Shown here piece by piece: positions 61,630 to 64,000 of a stretch of 64,000 bases of DNA. The DNA comes from Sulfurospirillum sp. GTDB taxonomy: Bacteria; Campylobacterota; Campylobacteria; Campylobacterales; Sulfurospirillaceae. Position 1 is the stretch's first letter, and the number at the start of each line of letters is the position of its first letter. The notes below the pieces were generated by a model. That model worked only from the letters and a program-made list of their open reading frames with translations, ran no database searches and was not told the DNA's origin. The DNA is taken from contig JASFYR010000019.1 of NCBI GenBank assembly GCA_045047115.1, positions 32,001-96,000 on the forward strand, given 5' to 3'. The position numbers and the translations under genes were made by a program.

Positions 61630-62208
61630 ATGTATGTGATATTTGAAGGAATCGATACAACAGGAAAGAGTACGCAGATAGAGCTTTTCAAAAAAAATTT
61701 TGATGATGTGATAGCTATAAGAGAGCCTGGCGGAACAAAACTTGGTCTTAAATTAAGAGAAATTATCTTAGAGAGTGAAGAGAAGATCTCGTTCAATGCC
61801 GAGTTGTTTATGTTTTTGGCAGACAGGGCGCAAAATTTTGAAGAAAATATAAAAGATAAAAAAGATAAAATTATCATATCTGACAGAGGTATGATTTCAG
61901 GCATCTCATATGCTTTGGCAAATCATCCCTCTTTAGACAAAGATTTTTTGATTTTGATGAACAGATTTGCACTGCAGGGGAAATTGCCGGACAAAGTAGT
62001 TTTGTTTGTCACTACAAAAGAGTTGATTCACAAACGACTCTCATCGAAAAACCACGATAATATAGAGCTCAGAGGAATTGAGTATCTTTTAAGGGTGCAG
62101 GATTTGATGATAAGTATCTTAAATTCACTCCCGATAAAAGTTTTGAGCATCGATGCCTCAAAGCCTATAGATGATATACATAAAGAGATAAAGGGTTTTA
62201 TACTATGA
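61630..62208 (+). CDS. tmk: thymidylate kinase
   Basis: FEGIDTTGKSTQ, REPGGT, ISDR. Confidence 0.95.
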   Translation: MYVIFEGIDTTGKSTQIELFKKNFDDVIAIREPGGTKLGLKLREIILESEEKISFNAELFMFLADRAQNFEENIKDKKDKIIISDRGMISGISYALANHPSLDKDFLILMNRFALQGKLPDKVVLFVTTKELIHKRLSSKNHDNIELRGIEYLLRVQDLMISILNSLPIKVLSIDASKPIDDIHKEIKGFIL

Positions 62209-63422
62209 TACAAGCACTTAGGGGCATGAAAGATTTGTTCTCACCAGTAAGCGAGAAATATATATATTTTATTGAAAATTGTAGCAGGATTGCTAAAAAT
62301 TATGGATTTGAGTATATTGAGACTCCTATACTCGAAGAGACAGCACTTTTTAAAAGAAGTGTTGGAGAGAGCAGTGATATAGTCGGAAAAGAGATGTATC
62401 AGTTTACCGATAAAGGTGGCAACGATGTTTGCATGAGACCTGAGGGGACTGCCGGTGTTGTCAGGGCCTTTATACAACAAAAGTATGATAGAGCAGGAGT
62501 GCAAAAAAAGTTTTTTTATTATGGTCCTATGTTTAGATATGAGAGACCTCAAAAAGGCAGGCTAAGAGAATTCCATCAGTTTGGTATAGAAAGCTTTAAT
62601 CAATCAAACACAAAAGAGGATGCAACTATCATACTAATGCTAAAAGAGATGTTGGATTTTTTTGGTATAGGATACAAACTAGAGCTAAACTCTTTGGGAT
62701 GTAGTGAGTGTATGCCCTCATATAGAGATAATTTGGTCGAGTTTTTAAAAAATCAAGATGGTATTTGTGAGGATTGTAAAAGAAGAAGAGATACAAATCC
62801 TATAAGAGTGCTTGATTGTAAAAACAGTTCCTGTCAGGAGATATACAAGAGTGCCCCTCTTTTGATAGATAATCTATGTTCCACATGTAGAGATGATTTT
62901 GTAAAGTTAAAAGAGATACTGGATATATTTAAAGTAGAATATACCATAAATCCAAAACTTGTTCGTGGGCTTGATTACTATAATAAAACTGCATTTGAGT
63001 TTATTAGTGACGCTATAGGTGCTCAAAGTGCCATAGCAGGCGGTGGACGATATGATAAACTTGTAGAGTATCTTGATGGAAAACCAACGAGTGGTATAGG
63101 TTTTGCTATGGGTATAGAGAGGCTTATGGAGCTTATTATTATGCCTAAGAACAAAAGAGAGGGTTACTATATAGGAGCACTTTGTGATGAGGCAAGTGAA
63201 CTCTGTTTTGAGTTGGCTGTAAAAATGAGAAAAGATAAAAAAACATCACTCAACTACGATAAAAAATCTCTAAAAGTACACCTTAAAAATGCAGATAAAC
63301 AAAATGTAAGATACTGTATTTGTGTGGGAGAAGATGAACTGGCAAAAGATATGTTGTGGATGAAGGATTTGCAAAGTAAGGAAGAGAGGCTTCTTTCTCA
63401 AGATGAACTATTAGGTTTGTGA
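62205..63422 (+). CDS. hisS: histidine--tRNA ligase
   Basis: RPEGTAG, FRYERPQKGRLREFHQ, LVRGLDYY, GGRYD. Confidence 0.97.
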   Translation: MIQALRGMKDLFSPVSEKYIYFIENCSRIAKNYGFEYIETPILEETALFKRSVGESSDIVGKEMYQFTDKGGNDVCMRPEGTAGVVRAFIQQKYDRAGVQKKFFYYGPMFRYERPQKGRLREFHQFGIESFNQSNTKEDATIILMLKEMLDFFGIGYKLELNSLGCSECMPSYRDNLVEFLKNQDGICEDCKRRRDTNPIRVLDCKNSSCQEIYKSAPLLIDNLCSTCRDDFVKLKEILDIFKVEYTINPKLVRGLDYYNKTAFEFISDAIGAQSAIAGGGRYDKLVEYLDGKPTSGIGFAMGIERLMELIIMPKNKREGYYIGALCDEASELCFELAVKMRKDKKTSLNYDKKSLKVHLKNADKQNVRYCICVGEDELAKDMLWMKDLQSKEERLLSQDELLGL

Positions 63423-63423
63423 G

Positions 63424-64000
63424 TTGAAGTACGGTATCGATATTTGGGGAAATGACAATTTTTTTATAGAAAATAAAAAAGTAAAGGTCAATTATAAAAG
63501 CAGCCCTTCTTTGGTTAAAATCACAAAAGAGATAAGAGATGGAGGGGTTAGAGGTCCTATACTGCTGAGGTTTCCTCATCTTATAGAAAAACAGATAGAT
63601 TTGATATATGAAAAATTTAAAAATGCAAAAGATGAATTTGACTATGAGGGTTCGTTTAACGCAGTATATCCACTTAAAGTAAATCAATATCCAAATTTTG
63701 TCAAAAATCTAGTGAGATTGGGCAAGAAGTATAACTATGGATTAGAGGCAGGAAGTAAGGCTGAACTCTTACTTGCGATGGTTTACAACAATGAAAACTC
63801 ACCTATCACTGTAAACGGTTTCAAAGATAAAGAGATGATATCTCTAGGTTTTATAGCTAAAGAGATGGGGCACAATATCACTTTGATTATAGAGGGGTTG
63901 AGTGAGCTTAAAAATATTATAAAGATAAATAAAGAGAGATTTTTACAAACTCCAAATATCGGACTTCGCATCAGACTTCACAGCTCGGGCATAGGTATAT
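63424..64000 (+). CDS. speA: biosynthetic arginine decarboxylase, N-terminal part (truncated by window edge)
   Basis: YGIDIWG..F, PILLRFP, AVYPLKVNQ, YGLEAGSKAEL, VNGFKD. Confidence 0.92.
   Translation, partial: MKYGIDIWGNDNFFIENKKVKVNYKSSPSLVKITKEIRDGGVRGPILLRFPHLIEKQIDLIYEKFKNAKDEFDYEGSFNAVYPLKVNQYPNFVKNLVRLGKKYNYGLEAGSKAELLLAMVYNNENSPITVNGFKDKEMISLGFIAKEMGHNITLIIEGLSELKNIIKINKERFLQTPNIGLRIRLHSSGIGI

Overview
A low-GC Campylobacterota (Epsilonproteobacteria) chromosomal segment; the assignment is inferred from gene order such as rrf2-flhA/rpsO, hrcA-grpE-dnaK, the cts cluster, rplI-hslVU-era, tsaE-lptB-rpoN and flgA-ubiX-coaD-tmk-hisS-speA. It is mostly housekeeping, plus a Cts/Msh-type (T2SS/T4P-like) cluster, an aldehyde:ferredoxin oxidoreductase locus, a YbdK-GGT pair, a polysaccharide export trio, a copper-efflux operon and a frameshifted CheB-CheR-PAS-kinase gene. 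The most notable observations are: (1) xerH has an adjacent difH-like site, and a second, one-arm-degenerate copy lies 1174 bp away, bracketing an AT-rich cassette with a RelE-like toxin and an unrecognised partner gene, i.e. a candidate minimal Xer-exploiting element that may also supply xerH's promoter; (2) a complete tRNA-Gly(GCC) lies in frame inside the 5' end of the flgA ORF; (3) argG has no canonical start codon (ATC); (4) several unexplained palindromic or repeated elements (54-bp tandem repeat before dnaK, a dispersed 40-bp palindrome, a 36-bp palindromic bidirectional promoter); (5) a probable three-barrel outer-membrane protein. All calls were made by eye, with no database searches.
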